Positions 26,640 through 39,961 of a stretch of 64,000 nt of DNA are shown in pieces. Position 1 is the first letter of the stretch. Each line of letters starts with the position of its first letter. The notes under the pieces were generated by a model. That model was given only the letters and a program-made list of their open reading frames with translations. It did not search any database and was not told where the DNA came from. This stretch comes from Auanema rhodensis (Eukaryota > Animalia > Nematoda): NCBI GenBank assembly GCA_964057225.1, contig OZ059899.1:15438001-15502000 (forward strand). The letters run 5' to 3'. The position numbers were made by a program, and so were the translations under genes.

Positions 26640-29012
26640 GAGCCCGAGAATCAGGAGCCCCAGGATCAGGAGCCCCAGGATCAGGAGCCCCAGGATCAGG
26701 AGCCCCAGGATCAGGAGCCCCAGGATCAGGAGCCCCAGGATCAGGAGCCCCAGGATCAGGAGCCCCAGGATCAGGAGCCCCAGGATCAGGAGCCCCAGGA
26801 TCAGGAGCCCGAGGATCAGGAGCCCCAGGATCAGGAGCCCGAGGATCAGGAGCCCGAGGATCAGGAGCCCGAGGATCAGGAGCCCCAGGATCAGGAGCCC
26901 CAGGATCAGGAGCCCGAGGATCAGGAGCCCGAGGATCAGGAGCCCGAGGATCAGGAGCCCGAGGATCAGGAGCCCCAGGATCAGGAGCCCGAGGATCAGG
27001 AGCCCCAGGATCAGGAGCCCGAGGATCAGGAGCCCCAGGATCAGGAGCCCCAGGATCAGGAGCCCGAGGAGGAGAAGCCCGAGGAGGAGGAGCCCGAGGA
27101 GGAGAAGCCCGAGGAGGAGGAGCCCGAGGAGGAGGAGCCCGAGGAGGAGGAGCCCGAGGAGGAGGAGCCCGAGGATCAGGAGCCCGAGGAGGAGGAGCCC
27201 GAGGATCAGGAGCCCGAGGAGGAGGAGCCCGAGGATCAGGAGCCCGAGGAGGAGGAGCCCGAGGATCAGGAGCCCGAGGAGGAGGAGCCCGAGGAGGAGG
27301 AGCCCGAGGATCAGGAGCCCGAGGAGGAGGAGCCCGAGGATCAGGAGCCCGAGGAGGAGGAGCCCGAGGATCAGGAGCCCGAGGAGGAGGAGCCCGAGGA
27401 TCAGGAGCCCGAGGAGGAGGAGCCCGAGGATCAGGAGCCCGAGGAGGAGGAGCCCGAGGATCAGGAGCCCGAGGAGGAGGAGCCCGAGGATCAGGAGCCC
27501 GAGGATCAGGAGCCCGAGGATCAGGAGCCCGAGGAGGAGCTGAGGATCAGGAGCCCGAGGAGGAGCTGAGGATCAGGAGCCCGAGGAGGAGCTGAGGATC
27601 AGGAGCCCGAGGAGGAGCTGAGGATCAGGAGCCCGAGGAGGAGCTGAGGATCAGGAGCCCGAGGAGGAGCTGAGGATCAGGAGCCCGAGGAGGAGCTGAG
27701 GATCAGGAGCCCGAGGAGGAGCTGAGGATCAGGAGCCCGAGGAGGAGCTGAGGATCAGGAGCCCGAGGAGGAGAAGCCGAGGAGGAGGAGCTGAGGATCA
27801 GGAGCCCGAGGAGGAGAAGCCGAGGAGGAGGAGCCCGAGGAGGAGAAGCCGAGGAGGAGGAGCTGAGGATCAGGAGCCCGAAGAGGAGGAGCTGAGGATC
27901 AGGAGCCCGAGGATCAGGAGCCCGAAGAGGAGGAGCTGAGGATCTGGAGCCCGAGGAGGAGGAGCCAAGGAGGAGCCGAAGATGAGGAACCCGAGGATCC
28001 TTTTGGAGCTCGAAGAGGAGGAGCCCGAGGATCCTTTTGGAGCTCGAAGAGGAGGAGCCAGGAGCCCGAGGATCCGAAGCCGAAGAGGAGAAGAAGAGGA
28101 GGAGGAGCCGAAGATGAGGAGCCCGAAGAGGAGGAGCCCGAGGATCCTTTTGGAGCCCGAAGAGGAGGAGCCAGGAGCCCGAGGATCTGAAGCTGAAGAG
28201 GAGGAGCCGAGGAGAAGCTGAGGATCAGGAGCCCGAGGAGGAGGAGCTGAGGATCAGGAGCCCGAGGAGGAGAAGCCGAGGAAGAGGAGCTGAGGATCAG
28301 GAGCCCGAGGAGGAAAAGCCGAGGAGGAGGAGCCGAGGAGGAGCCGAAGATGAGAAGCCGAGGAGGAGGAGCCAAAGATGAGGAGCCCGAAGAGGAGGAG
28401 CCAGGAGCCCGAGGATCCGAAGCCGAAGAGGAGGAGCCGAGGAGGAGAAGCCGAGGAGGAGAAGCCGAAGAGGAGGAACCCGAGGAGGAGGAGCTGAGGA
28501 TAAGGAGTCCGAGGAGGAGGAGCCGAAGATGAGGAGCCCGAAGAGGAGCCGAAGATGAGAAGCCGAGGAGGAGGAGCCAAAGATGAGGAGCCCGAAGAGG
28601 AGGAGCCCGAGGATCCTTTTGGAGCCCGAAGGGGAGGAGCCAGGAGCCCGAGGATCCGAAGCCGAAGAGGAGGAGCCGAAGAGGAGGAGCCGAGGAGGAG
28701 AAGCCGAGGAGGAGGAGCCGAAGAGGAGAAGAAGAGGAGGAGGAGCCGAAGATGAGGAGCCCGAAGAGGAGGAGCCAGGAGCCCGAGGTGGAAGAGCCCG
28801 AGGAGGAGGAGCTGAGGATAAGGAGTCCGAGGAGGAGGAGCCGAAGATGAGGAGCCCGAAGAGGAGCCGAAGATGAGAAGCCGAGAAGGAGGAGCCGAAG
28901 ATGAGGAGCCCGAGGAGGGGGAGGACGAGGAGATATGGACAAGCCTTATGGAGCCTGAGGAGGAGGACGAGAAGATATGGACAAGCCTTTTGGAGCCCGA
29001 GGATCAGGAGCC
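26640..29012 (+). repeat. GC-rich purine-strand minisatellite (15-bp GGAGCCC(C/G)AGGA(TCA/GGA) unit and derived higher-order units)
   Basis: Directly visible tandem array. The 26-bp variant units from ~27530 break the reading frame. Confidence 0.97.
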
Positions 29013-29084
29013 AGTTTAGTTGAAAAGATCAATTGCGAATGTAGCTTACAACCCCGCTTGGTCAAGCTAGATGTGGGTCCAAAA

Positions 29085-29317
29085 AATAAATGAAATGCAA
29101 CCGCTTCACACGTAAGCACGATGCAAAAATGAAAATTAGTTTATGCTTAATATTTCTATTATTATCTTTAATATACAGTATTGAAGATATTTATTAAATA
29201 AGGAAAACAAAAAATATGTGATTCTAATTAAATAATAAATTTAAATTAATCAAAAGCTTAATACCAACAAACAGTTTATGCTAAGTTTGAAATTTTTTTA
29301 GTTCTGGAAGAAGCTGT
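29085..29317. repeat. Diverged direct repeat, copy 2
   Basis: Same shared blocks as copy 1 at 25990. Confidence 0.75.
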
Positions 29318-29352
29318 CACGAACCCTTAAACAATGTTTTAATTAAAACAAT

Positions 29353-30909
29353 TTATTTAGGAGTAGAACTCAGAAGCTTTCTGATAGTATCCCTATATAG
29401 AGTATTAAAATAAAAATTAATCATCGTATAAACAGAAAAAGTACATCCAAACAATATTACAGAAGCATCTTTCATAGCTGAAATTAAAAATTATTAAACT
29501 TTTTATAGAATTATTTCTCAAAATTAGTTATATACAAGTCTACTTAAGCATATTGTAAAATAGAAAGAATGAACAAACAAAATTCATTACTTGTCTATTT
29601 TTACCATATTGTATTTTTAATTCTTTTAAGAATTGAGATTTTTCAGCTTGAAACTTGAAATAATTATAAAACCGCTATACCAGCACGCAACTGCGTGGTT
29701 ATAAGGAACTTAAATGATCATAGATTATATAATCACCTTGAGGAAAACGAACATATAGTCCAGCAATCATAATAATGGATGGCGACGCCGAGATTAATGC
29801 AATACCAGCTGCCTGAGTAAATCCGTGAGAAACAGAATCAATCAATAAATTACTTGAACTGATAAGTTTACCAAAGCTGCATTATGATATTTCATAGTGC
29901 TATTGGAAATAACTGATTCTTTCCTTTTAATTGCTTTAAGAATATTATAAATGGAAATACCAATTATCTGAAATAGAAATAATGCTTTAAGTTCAAGCAC
30001 GGGTAGGTGCTGTTGGCAATAATTTGAATTGAAGTTGTAAAAGTAACGATTATCTTGCGTACTAAGTTGGTTTGATCAAGTTTATTGCATCTTGATCATT
30101 GTTTTTTTAATATTTATATTGTTTTGCAAATGATTTGTTAGATAAACTTAAAGTGTTTGCTGCTATATGACCAGTTGTAACAACATTTATATAATAAAAT
30201 CCACGTCCAGTTTCTTTATATGGGTAGAAGCCGACAGATTTTTCAAGCAAAAACTCTACTTGTCTTATGGAGAACTGAAAGAATTTGAGTTTTTTTTTTA
30301 ATTATTTGGGCAATTACATTTAATTTGTTAATATCATAATTGGGATCTGAAGAAGCCCAATTTGAAATAGAATAACCAAAGGCATAAGCTATGACCAACA
30401 TAGTATGTATTCCATAAAAGACAAATTTGTTCTAAAATGAAACAATATAAATTCTTTGCTCTTAGTTGATAATTGCCTTTAATATATTGCCAGCATTTGA
30501 TATCATTGCCCAACGATATAGGAAAGAAATAATCAGAAGAGATGACTGAAGACCGTTCAGAAAACTGAATGTTATATTCCAATTTCTACAAGTGATTCCT
30601 AGTCTGTATCCTAAACAATAAAAATAATTCGCATGTAGAATTGTGTAAATTCTCGCAAAGCAACTCCAAATGAAACAACTGGAGAACAAAGCTATCTGAA
30701 AGACCCTGTATCAGAATTTATATGTTTTTATAGCCTACACATTGAGCAAATGCGGTATATTGGTATATTTTTGAATCAATCTTTTCCGGAGAAGATTTAT
30801 AGAACAAAAATATGTTCAAAACTAATAAGACGAATGAGATAACGCTGCAGATATCCTGAAGTATATTGAATGTTGTGTGGTCAGGAAGATTATCAGCTCC
30901 AGCTTCCAT
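29353..30909 (-). CDS. Serpentine 7TM chemoreceptor (Srd/Sri-like); one junction hard to phase, so possibly a pseudogene
   Basis: MEAGADNL...; SFLYRW (TM3); SNSTMKYHNAALVNLSVQ; LYRDTIRKLL-TAA at 29353. Includes a GC-AG intron at 30432-30476. Confidence 0.72.
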
Positions 30910-32028
30910 TTCTAAAATTTAAAGATCTTAAGCTAAAGTTGAGATCAAGATTTTTGAAGTTTTACCTTATTAGAAGCAGCTTCTGAATTGAAATTAGTCT
31001 TGTGCAATTTTTGCAGAACTATTGATTTGTAACAACGATGTTCAAAAAGTAAAACTGTAGAACTGAAAAATGAGTCAAGCTCCGATAGCTGAGTACGTAC
31101 ATGTAACCAAAATAATCATAAATCTTTGAAAGTAAGCATAAAATTTTTGAAATTAAGCATAAAAGTTTTCAAAAAAGGCATAAAATCTTTGAAAATTTGT
31201 GTTATGATGTAATTTATACGTTTATTTTATTTAGTTAATTAAGAATGTTTGAGAAAAGTCATCTCACATGTTTAGGTACTTCCCCATGAAAATCCTCTAT
31301 TTTCATAATTGTTCATAGAATTGGTTTCAAAAAGCTTTGAAATAATTTAAATTCTGTGATATCATCTTTTATTTTTATTTCAAATCTGAGTAATTATTTA
31401 AAAATTTGTAAAATTGTATGAAAATTATGAAAAAAGTTTAAAAGACCTGTCGAAAGAAAGGAGATAAGACGTTAGATGAACTTATTTTGATTGAAAAAAG
31501 CCACATTCGACTTGTCGACATAACATTAAAATATTTTAATAATATAAAAAAAGATTATAATATACAAGATGAATTTGATTTGCACAAAGTGATCAGGAAC
31601 TAGATCTGAGTTAGATATATAGATTTTGTATTTGGAAGAAACGATTGCCTACAAAAATGAAAAAAACTTTGTCTCAAAAGACAGAGAAACAATTGAAAAA
31701 TAAAAAGAATTTCGTTTAAAATTGTTTTCGCTTTCGAATATTATATTCTTTTCCCATAAAGTGATGATATTTTTAAAATTGTGGTCATGAGGGTGAAACA
31801 AGAAAACAAAGATTTCTGAAGTTCTTTGCTATTCTTCAGGAGATATTTTCGTTTTTATGAATTATGTATAGCATTGAATAGGGATTGAAGATTTTCCTGG
31901 AATCAACAAATACCTAATTTCAATTATTTTGCTTTTCTGAAGAATATATAGCAAAGATACTGTAGTTCTAATTAAAAATTAATTTAAAACTTTGATAGTT
32001 TAGTCACGCAAAAAAAGGTAAAAACAAC

Positions 32029-32111
32029 TCCGTCGAGCCGGATTCGAACCAGCGACCTAAGGATGCCCACAACTCTACAGTCCTCCGCTCTACCAACTGA
32101 GCTATCGACGG
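32029..32111 (-). tRNA. tRNA-Tyr(GTA) with 10-nt intron (32065-32074)
   Basis: Reverse complement CCGTCGATAGCTCAGTTGGTAGAGCGGAGGACTGTAG[agttgtgggc]ATCCTTAGGTCGCTGGTTCGAATCCGGCTCGACGGA, followed by an oligo-T terminator. Confidence 0.97.
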
Positions 32112-32864
32112 GTGTATCAATGCGTTTCCCATGAATATTCGATGTTCTTCCTATTAAATATGATTCTATCTTTCTTCCCGTTGTATAAGTTTGTGAAAAG
32201 GTGTCTGAATAACGAGGGGCATTGCGATTTTTGACCTTTTTAATCGCAGAATCATCACTGCCATGAAGTATATCAGGAAACTTGCTCCGGCTCTCAAAGA
32301 AATGAATTTAAAAAATTATAAATGATGAATTGTGTATTGAAAGCTGAACTAGAGTTCTAGAATGAAACACACAAGTCACGTCATTTCACTGACTAAAATG
32401 AATTGACAAATGGATAACTCGTCTTAGTCTTAGTTGACTTCAACTAGATCTAACTCTTTCTCTTCGCCTATCTATAACAGTCTAAATCTCATTTTCAATG
32501 TAATATTTCGAATTTTTTCATTTCTTTTCCGTTTTCTTTCTTTATATTTGTGAATCTATATGTATACTGTGTACCTATGACTCATTGTGCAGTAGCTCTC
32601 TTGGCAGAACAGTTCAAACAATCTTTCAGCAATTCTTGGCTCCTCCTTCATCTCATACTGGAAATCAAGCAATACAGAGTGTAGAGTGCTTGTCTGGGCT
32701 ACAGGCTTTCACACTCACGCTCATTCGCAAGCATATTCATTCATACCTTCCTTATGGCACTCACTTTTCAGATTTCTAGCTTCTTAGCTGTATCATAAGA
32801 ATGTTTTTATTCTTTTTTCTTCAAATTTTTGAATGAAAAAGTATTTATTTTGTCTGTTTTTCAG

Positions 32865-35800
32865 ATGAAAATATTGCTTATCGTACTATTATGTTATTAC
32901 ACATCGGCTCAAAGTTATGTAAGTGTGCCAACATCTCGAGGACCAGTCAAAGGAATTAGAGTTGATTATGGTATAACGTTAATTATAATTATAATTATTT
33001 AAATATATATTATAGGTAATGATAAGAAAAGCACATATTATGGTAGTGCTGAAGCATACTTAGGTATACCATATGCTCAACCACCTACAGGTGATAATCG
33101 TTTTCGGGTCAGTTCCAGTTATATGGATATATTCAATTATTTTTTATTGAAAAATATTTAATTTATAAAGAAAATTAAGAAATTTAGGCTCCAAGAAGTA
33201 TAAATAACTATGGAAATGATTATGATGCTACGTATTATCGTCCAAAATGCCCTCAAGCAAACACAGGATCAAGCACTAATGAAGATTGTTTGTATTTAAA
33301 TGTTTTCACTCAACAGGTATATTCACATCTAAACTTGAAACTTAAAACTTGAAACTTGAAATAAAAGGTTTTAGATGCATTATGAGCATAAGAACTACTT
33401 CATAATAATATTTTTCATTTAAAAACTTGAAAAAAAAACTTTTTTTTTGTGTACATTATCGGCATTTTTTTTATTTGATATTCACGTGTGAAATGAAGTT
33501 TAATCAAGAATAAGTCAATGGCCTCTAGCTAGTTTTTAAGTTTGAAAAGATAATTTTTATGAAAAATAATCTTTATCCAATTAATTTGAAGTAAATAAAA
33601 ATGAAAATAAGAATTAAAGTTTTAAATATTTAATTTAAAAAGTTATATTTCAGTCTGGTAATGCTACAGCTCGTATGGCTGTCATGGTCTTCATAGATGG
33701 TGGAAATGGCTTAACTGAAGGTGGAAATGATCAGACACAGATGAAGGTCATCTAATAATTATTTTGTTTATTTTAAATTAATTTATATTAACTATATGAC
33801 TGTTTAGGGTGTGGTTCGTAATTTAGTTACACGAGGTGTTGTTGTAGTAACACTTCAATATAGATTAGGAGCTTTAGGTAATTATTTATTTTATTTTATT
33901 ATATAAATAAGAGAAAAATATTTACATAAGCTTACAACCTTTTTTTTGCTGAGTAATCGGCTTCGAAATCTTCGAATGTTACATGTACTTTTCAATTCTT
34001 CAGGCTTTTTTTCTATGCAAGCTGCTGATTTCCAAGCAAACAATGGAATGTTAGACCAAGTAAAACGAAAAATAAACGTTGAAATTTAGCAAAAAACTGA
34101 AATTTCTTACAGGTTATGGCTTTAAGATGGGTTCAAACTGAGATCGGAAACTTTGGCGGAGATCCAAACCGTGTCACATTAGCTGGACATGGAGATGGAG
34201 CTTGTGCTGTATCAGCTCATACTTTGAGTCCTGCAAGTAAAAGTAAATTTTGAGAAATAACTTATCATAAACTTTTAATTTCTCAACTTTAAGATCTATT
34301 TCAACAAGCTATCCTATCCAGTGGTACTATCCAATCATGTTATTCAGCTGATGGAACAACATCGAGCTTCTCTAATCAGCCTGTGGCTGTAAATATGATG
34401 CAAACTCTTCAATACAATCCAGGAGTTCAGTATTCTCCTTTAAATGGATTTGCTCAGAATTATACAAATGAGCAGGCATATTCTTCTCAAAATCCAACGA
34501 CCACAACACCAATGCCAGTTCTTCGTGATACTAGTAGCAATGGGTTCATCAATCCCAGTCAAGATTTAGCTCAAGCGGTAATTATAATACAAATCTTCTT
34601 AACTATATGAATCATTACAGTTATGCAATGTAACTGCTCAACAATGGCAATCTGGTCAAGTTGGTAATCTTCGCGAATGTTTAAGTCGATATTCTGTAGA
34701 TATTATTGTACAAACTCAAGCTGTAAGTTTCATCGTACTTCTATTTACATCTTCAATTTGAATTATTTTTTATTTTCAGAGTCGACAAGCTTCATGGCTT
34801 ATTGTACGTGATAATACGTTTATGCCAGATACACCAGAAAACTTATCGAATCGTAGACAAGCTATTCCAATCATCATAGGAACTGTACAGGATGAAGATG
34901 CTCACTATGGTATGTTCACAAAGAGAAGGAAACAAGCATTTCCTAATTCATTCAATTTCAGCTTTTAAAATGATTTCGGAAGGTCATGCTCAGGATTCAC
35001 AATCAGATATGTTTAATGCATGGATGTTGGATTATGCTCACAAAAACAAATTAAATCAGACTACTGCTCAACAAGTAAGATCAAACGAGCTAGGTATTTG
35101 ACATCTATACTTCAGATATCCGGTATTATTGCTCCAAATTATCAAATTCGTCAAACAAATACTTCGTACTATGATGCTGGGTAAGCCATGATGTTTCTTG
35201 TTTGTTTTATAGATTTTACAGGCCCTACCAGAGCTCTGTTGGCAATGCTAATGCAGTTGGAACAAACTACAGAAATCCAACTATCGGGGCAGGAAATGCT
35301 GATGGAACTCAGATCAACTACAACTACGGTCAACCAAACGCCTACGGCAATCCTATCATTGGCGGTGGTAATACTGATGGAACCCGGAATAATTACAACA
35401 ATGGTCAGCCAAACACCTACGGAAATCCTACAATCGGAGGTGGAAACGCTGATGGAACTCAGAACTTCAACAGCAACCAGCAAAACGTCTACGGCAATCC
35501 TATCATTGGCGGTGGTAATACTGATGGAACCCGGAATAATTACAACAACGGGCAGCCAAACGCCTACGGAAATCCTACAATCGGAGGTGGAAACGCTGAT
35601 GGAACTCAGAACAACTACTACAACAACGGTCAGCCAAACGGCTACGGAAACCCTACCATCGGAGGTGGAAACGCTGATGGAACCCGGAACAACTACAACA
35701 ACGGTCAGCCAAACGGTTACGGAAATCCTACCATCGGAGGTGGAAACGCTGATGGAACCCGGAACAACTACAACAACGGTCAGCCAAACGGCTACGGAAA

Positions 35801-37093
35801 TCCTACAATCGGAGGTGGAAACGCTGATGGAACTCAGAACAACTACAACAACGGTCAGCCAAATGCCTACAGAAATCCTCCCATCGGAAGTGGTAATACT
35901 GGTTACAACGCACCCTCACAATATCAACCCGTTGGAGGATATCAGTATGAACAAGTAATTATTACAAGAACGACCACATATTAACAATCTTTTGTTTCAG
36001 TTTACACCTTCAACATCGCAACCCACTACCATTAGGCCACAAACAAATACAAAGATTTCACATGTTCAAGACATGGAATCGGTTCAGTCTTTGAAGACCA
36101 TTTCAACCGTAATAGAAAATATAAAAAATCTGATTAAATCTTACGAATGTTGTTAAGGTTAGCGCTGACTCAGGAATTGTAAGTTATACAGCTACAGAGG
36201 TTGACAGCTACATTCGCAATGGAGCGCAGTATGTTCATATTTATCAGTTCACATATATGAGCAAGCTTGGTATTAGTAAGGATCAGCCAACAATGAACGG
36301 ATGGCAACGTTAGTGATAGTGCTTTCTTATAATAAACATCAATATCCTGTATTCAGCAGTTTCAAAGGGTCAAGATCAGATCTTCATCATGATGAACGAA
36401 GCTGTTTGGGCAAGTGGAAAGCCATCGAAGGGCGATCGTCAGATGGCTGATCAGATGGGCGAACGCTGGACTCAATTTGCTAAAGAAGGGTAAGCAGCGA
36501 ACAATCATGCATTTCACTATAACAAAAACATAATTCTCTCAGAACTATAAACAATTGGCAGCCAGCAGCAGGAAATTCAAACTATAATTACTGTAACTTG
36601 CAAAGCAACCCAGTTGTAGAAAATGGTTATGGACAAAAGGCTCGAACAGTTTTCAATGACCAAGTTAATCCAATTGTTCAACAAGTAATCAATATCAATA
36701 CACAAACTCTCTTAATATTCTCTCTTTAAGGCAAAGCAAGATCAACAAAATCTTCAACAGAGACAACAACCAAACCAGCAATATCCTCAACAAATGCCAG
36801 GATATACCCCACAACAAGATCAGTCAATGCAGCAATATCAGCCAACCTATCAACAACAGTTTCCTCAACAGTTTCCACAACAGTATAACCCACAACAACA
36901 ACAGTATCAACAGTCAATTCCACAACAACAACAACAACAACAGCAGCAATATCAATACCAGCCAGTGATGTATGATCAGTTCGGTGGCAGAAATGTTGGT
37001 AATGCCACTTACTCCCAAAATGGACAAACCAGCACCCTTCGGGTTACATTTAATCTTCAAGATCTGTTCTTGCCTACAGCACCAAACGGATAA
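32865..37093 (+). CDS. Secreted type-B carboxylesterase-fold protein, catalytically inactive (GHGDG), with N/G/Q/Y-rich repeat insertion and Q-rich tail
   Basis: Signal peptide; YLGIPYAQPP, EDCLYLNVF, QYRLGALGFF, GMLDQVMALRWV, FGGDPNRVTLAGHGDGA (34185-34199), WTQFAKEG. Confidence 0.9.
35270..35900 (+). repeat. Coding tandem repeat, ~75 bp x ~9 (GQPNGYGNPTIGGGNADGTRNNYNN)
   Basis: Within exon 35213-35955; nine NPxIGxGN motifs. Confidence 0.92.
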
Positions 37094-37782
37094 GCACTGG
37101 CTATATATGCCTATTTTTCTCATTTGTATATATTGTTTATTGCTTTAATAAAATGTTAGTGAAACAATTGAAAAGTTTTAAAATCAGGATCATAATACAT
37201 TTTCTATTTCATCTATTAACTGATAAGGATATTTAGAACTTTGTGCTAAATAATAAACTTTACAAAGAACTTTCAATGTTATAAAATATGTTTTAAACAA
37301 AATTTTATGTTTTTTCTTAATATAAAACTGAATGTTCAAGTAAATACGCATAATTACGACCATTATTTTCATGCGCACGTTCTGAATACGTCCTTGACCT
37401 GTACGTTCGCATATTCCACCAGATAAGAAACTCACTTACCTCCTGTTTTTTGGTATTTCAGCCAAGTCTAAATGTTCACAAATGAATCAACTTCATCACA
37501 AATAGACCTTATTGTATAACATTTGCTGGAATCCCGTTTGCGTTGCGAAACTGTATTGTGACCGATTCGAAAAGCAAAACAAAATTTCTTCATTGATTCG
37601 TGCATTCGTGCTTCGTTTTCATTATCTATTCCTGATAATCGTATTTTATTCCGTGCCTGTGCATGTTTGAAAGTGTTGTACTTATTCTCTTATTCACGTT
37701 TCTTAAATTTCTTTTTTTTTTCAACAATTTATATATTTTTTTCAACTCACAATTTAAAATTTTAGGTACTACAAATATTACC

Positions 37783-38671
37783 ATGAGCTCGGGTGCTGAA
37801 ACCAAAAATATTATGGAAAGTGAAAATAACAACACTAAACTTGAAGAATCAGAAAACTACCTTGATGGTATTATTGAAGAGTTCAAAATTCTAGAAGACA
37901 CTGTAGATTTCAACCGAGTAGCTGCACAGGCACGATTTTTTAATTTAAATATATTTCTTCTTTATTAAAATTTAATTAAATTTCACACTAAAATATCATT
38001 GAATTCTTAATATTATTTTGTAAAAATTTCAGTGTCGACCAATCTTCGCTTCCAAAGAAAAAATAGTTGTCGAGCTTGATTTAGAACCACACCACGTTAA
38101 TTCCAAGGTTTGTTTAAATATATTTTTTTGAAAATTACGACAACTATTACCTTTCATAACCTTTTATAAAATACTTAATATGTTATATAATATTTTAATT
38201 ATTAAGGGAACACTACATGGAGGCCTCACCGCTGCTTTAACCGATATTGTAACTGCTCGTGCAGTTGGAATTACTGTCAAAAACATGGGAATGGCATCAA
38301 TTGAGATTGCAGTCAGGTAATAGATGTTTGTTTATTCCCTAAATAAAATAATATTTTCCTGTTATATTTATTTTTATTCAAAATAAATAAAAAATAATAA
38401 TTACAACTTTATAAGAAAGTTTACAGTTATCTTCTACCCGTTAAAATTGAAGATACCATTGTTATAACAGCTACTGTACTCAAAGTAGGAAGAAATGTTG
38501 CATTTGCTGAAGCTGAATTCCGTCGTAAATCTGATGGCAAAATGACTGCTAAGGTAAAAAATTTAATAAATACAAAATTTTCTCATTTTGCATCTGTATT
38601 TTCAGGGAAAACATACAGTTGCTATACTACCAAATCAGCCAGCTGTCAACGGAAAAGTCCCCCAATACTAA
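37783..38671 (+). CDS. Acyl-CoA thioesterase 13-like (hot-dog/PaaI family)
   Basis: HVNSKGTLHGGLTAALTD...SIEIAVSYLLPVK...KVGRNVAFAEAEF...AKGKHT. Confidence 0.92.
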
Positions 38672-39961
38672 TTCCTTTTTTTCTTTTAAATTATTGTTTA
38701 ATTTCTTAATAGCATAATATATGTTCCGATTATACTGGTGTATAAGATGTAAGGACTTCAATAATACAATCACAAACAGTCATTTTTCATTCAAACAATT
38801 TCATTTCTTCGAAATTTGTGATTGAACCGAAGATATTAAATGAACCTTATCTCACGTATTCATTATATTGAATTCTATGTTACTGACACATATCTTCAAA
38901 AATCTAACTTTTTTTAGTTTTACTGTACGTCGGAGGCAAAAAAATATTAAATGCTGACAAAAGAAAAGGGAACAAAACAAAAAAATTGGGATTCCACGAT
39001 TTAGTTTAATTTAAATTATAAAAGCATAGAATAGGAAAAGACGATTGTGTCCTGCTAAAAATATCTTATCTTGTTCTTCTTAGCCGCCAGTTTTACAATA
39101 TAATAGTCATGTAAATCATAGGAAAAAGGAAAAATAAGCTTTTAGAACGGGGCTACGTGCTATGCTTATGCTTTTCTTGATGATCATAAGATTCCACTTT
39201 CATATGATATAAAAGTTTATTCATGAAAGATAAGTAAAAAATATTTTCCCACAAAAAGCAAGAAATACTGGTAAAGTATACGTATGCCCCACTTCAAATA
39301 GTAGAGTACAATAACTGCGCTTAGCTTTAAGAAAACAAGGAAAACTAATTAAAAAGGGAACTACTATGGGTATGAAGTACCAAAAAATGAAGTTTAGACT
39401 CACCGAAATTATGTGAAGCTGAAGACTTTATTCAACACAACATCCTTTGAGCACAGACAGCTGATAACGATAACAGGGAACGTTAACAAGAGATAACTGT
39501 TTTCTAAACTCAATCCCCGCGCTGGTACCCACAACGAAATTGGCATTAGGGCGTGAATAGTGAGGAAAATGAAATTGTGTGTATGGACACAGTGATGTGA
39601 TGATTTATCTTAATCAAAGTTTTGATAACAGTGATTATTACTGTGTCTTCTTAATAATATTAGAGAAATGTCGCTCTTATCAAGGATTTTATGGTTTTGA
39701 AAGTTCTATTATATGATTCGTAAGGATTTTGTCTCAATTATGTTCAGAATTCTCAAAATATTATATAAATATATCAAGAAATCCTCAAATAAGCCGAAGA
39801 AGTGTATTCCATCCAGGTTTTATTTCCAATCTTGTATCGACATCCTCTCTTTCTCTCTTCATGTTGAGGCATTGAATCAGGGATATAATATTACAAAAAA
39901 GAAAATTGTCTACATATTAAAAAAAATAAAAAAATGTTTAGATTGGAAGCCAAAAAGAAAA

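Noticed and set aside
27914-28942. 342-aa and overlapping ORFs in the satellite
   Set aside because: Products of a stop-poor repeat; the frame is broken by 26-bp units and several frames on both strands are open.
26640-29012. CRISPR-like repeat array
   Set aside because: No unique spacers, and the context is eukaryotic.
35188-35958. 256-aa Thr-rich ORF overlapping the esterase repeat exon
   Set aside because: Starts in an intron, and a stop-free 75-bp unit explains the open second frame (unlike zip-2, where the sequence is unique).
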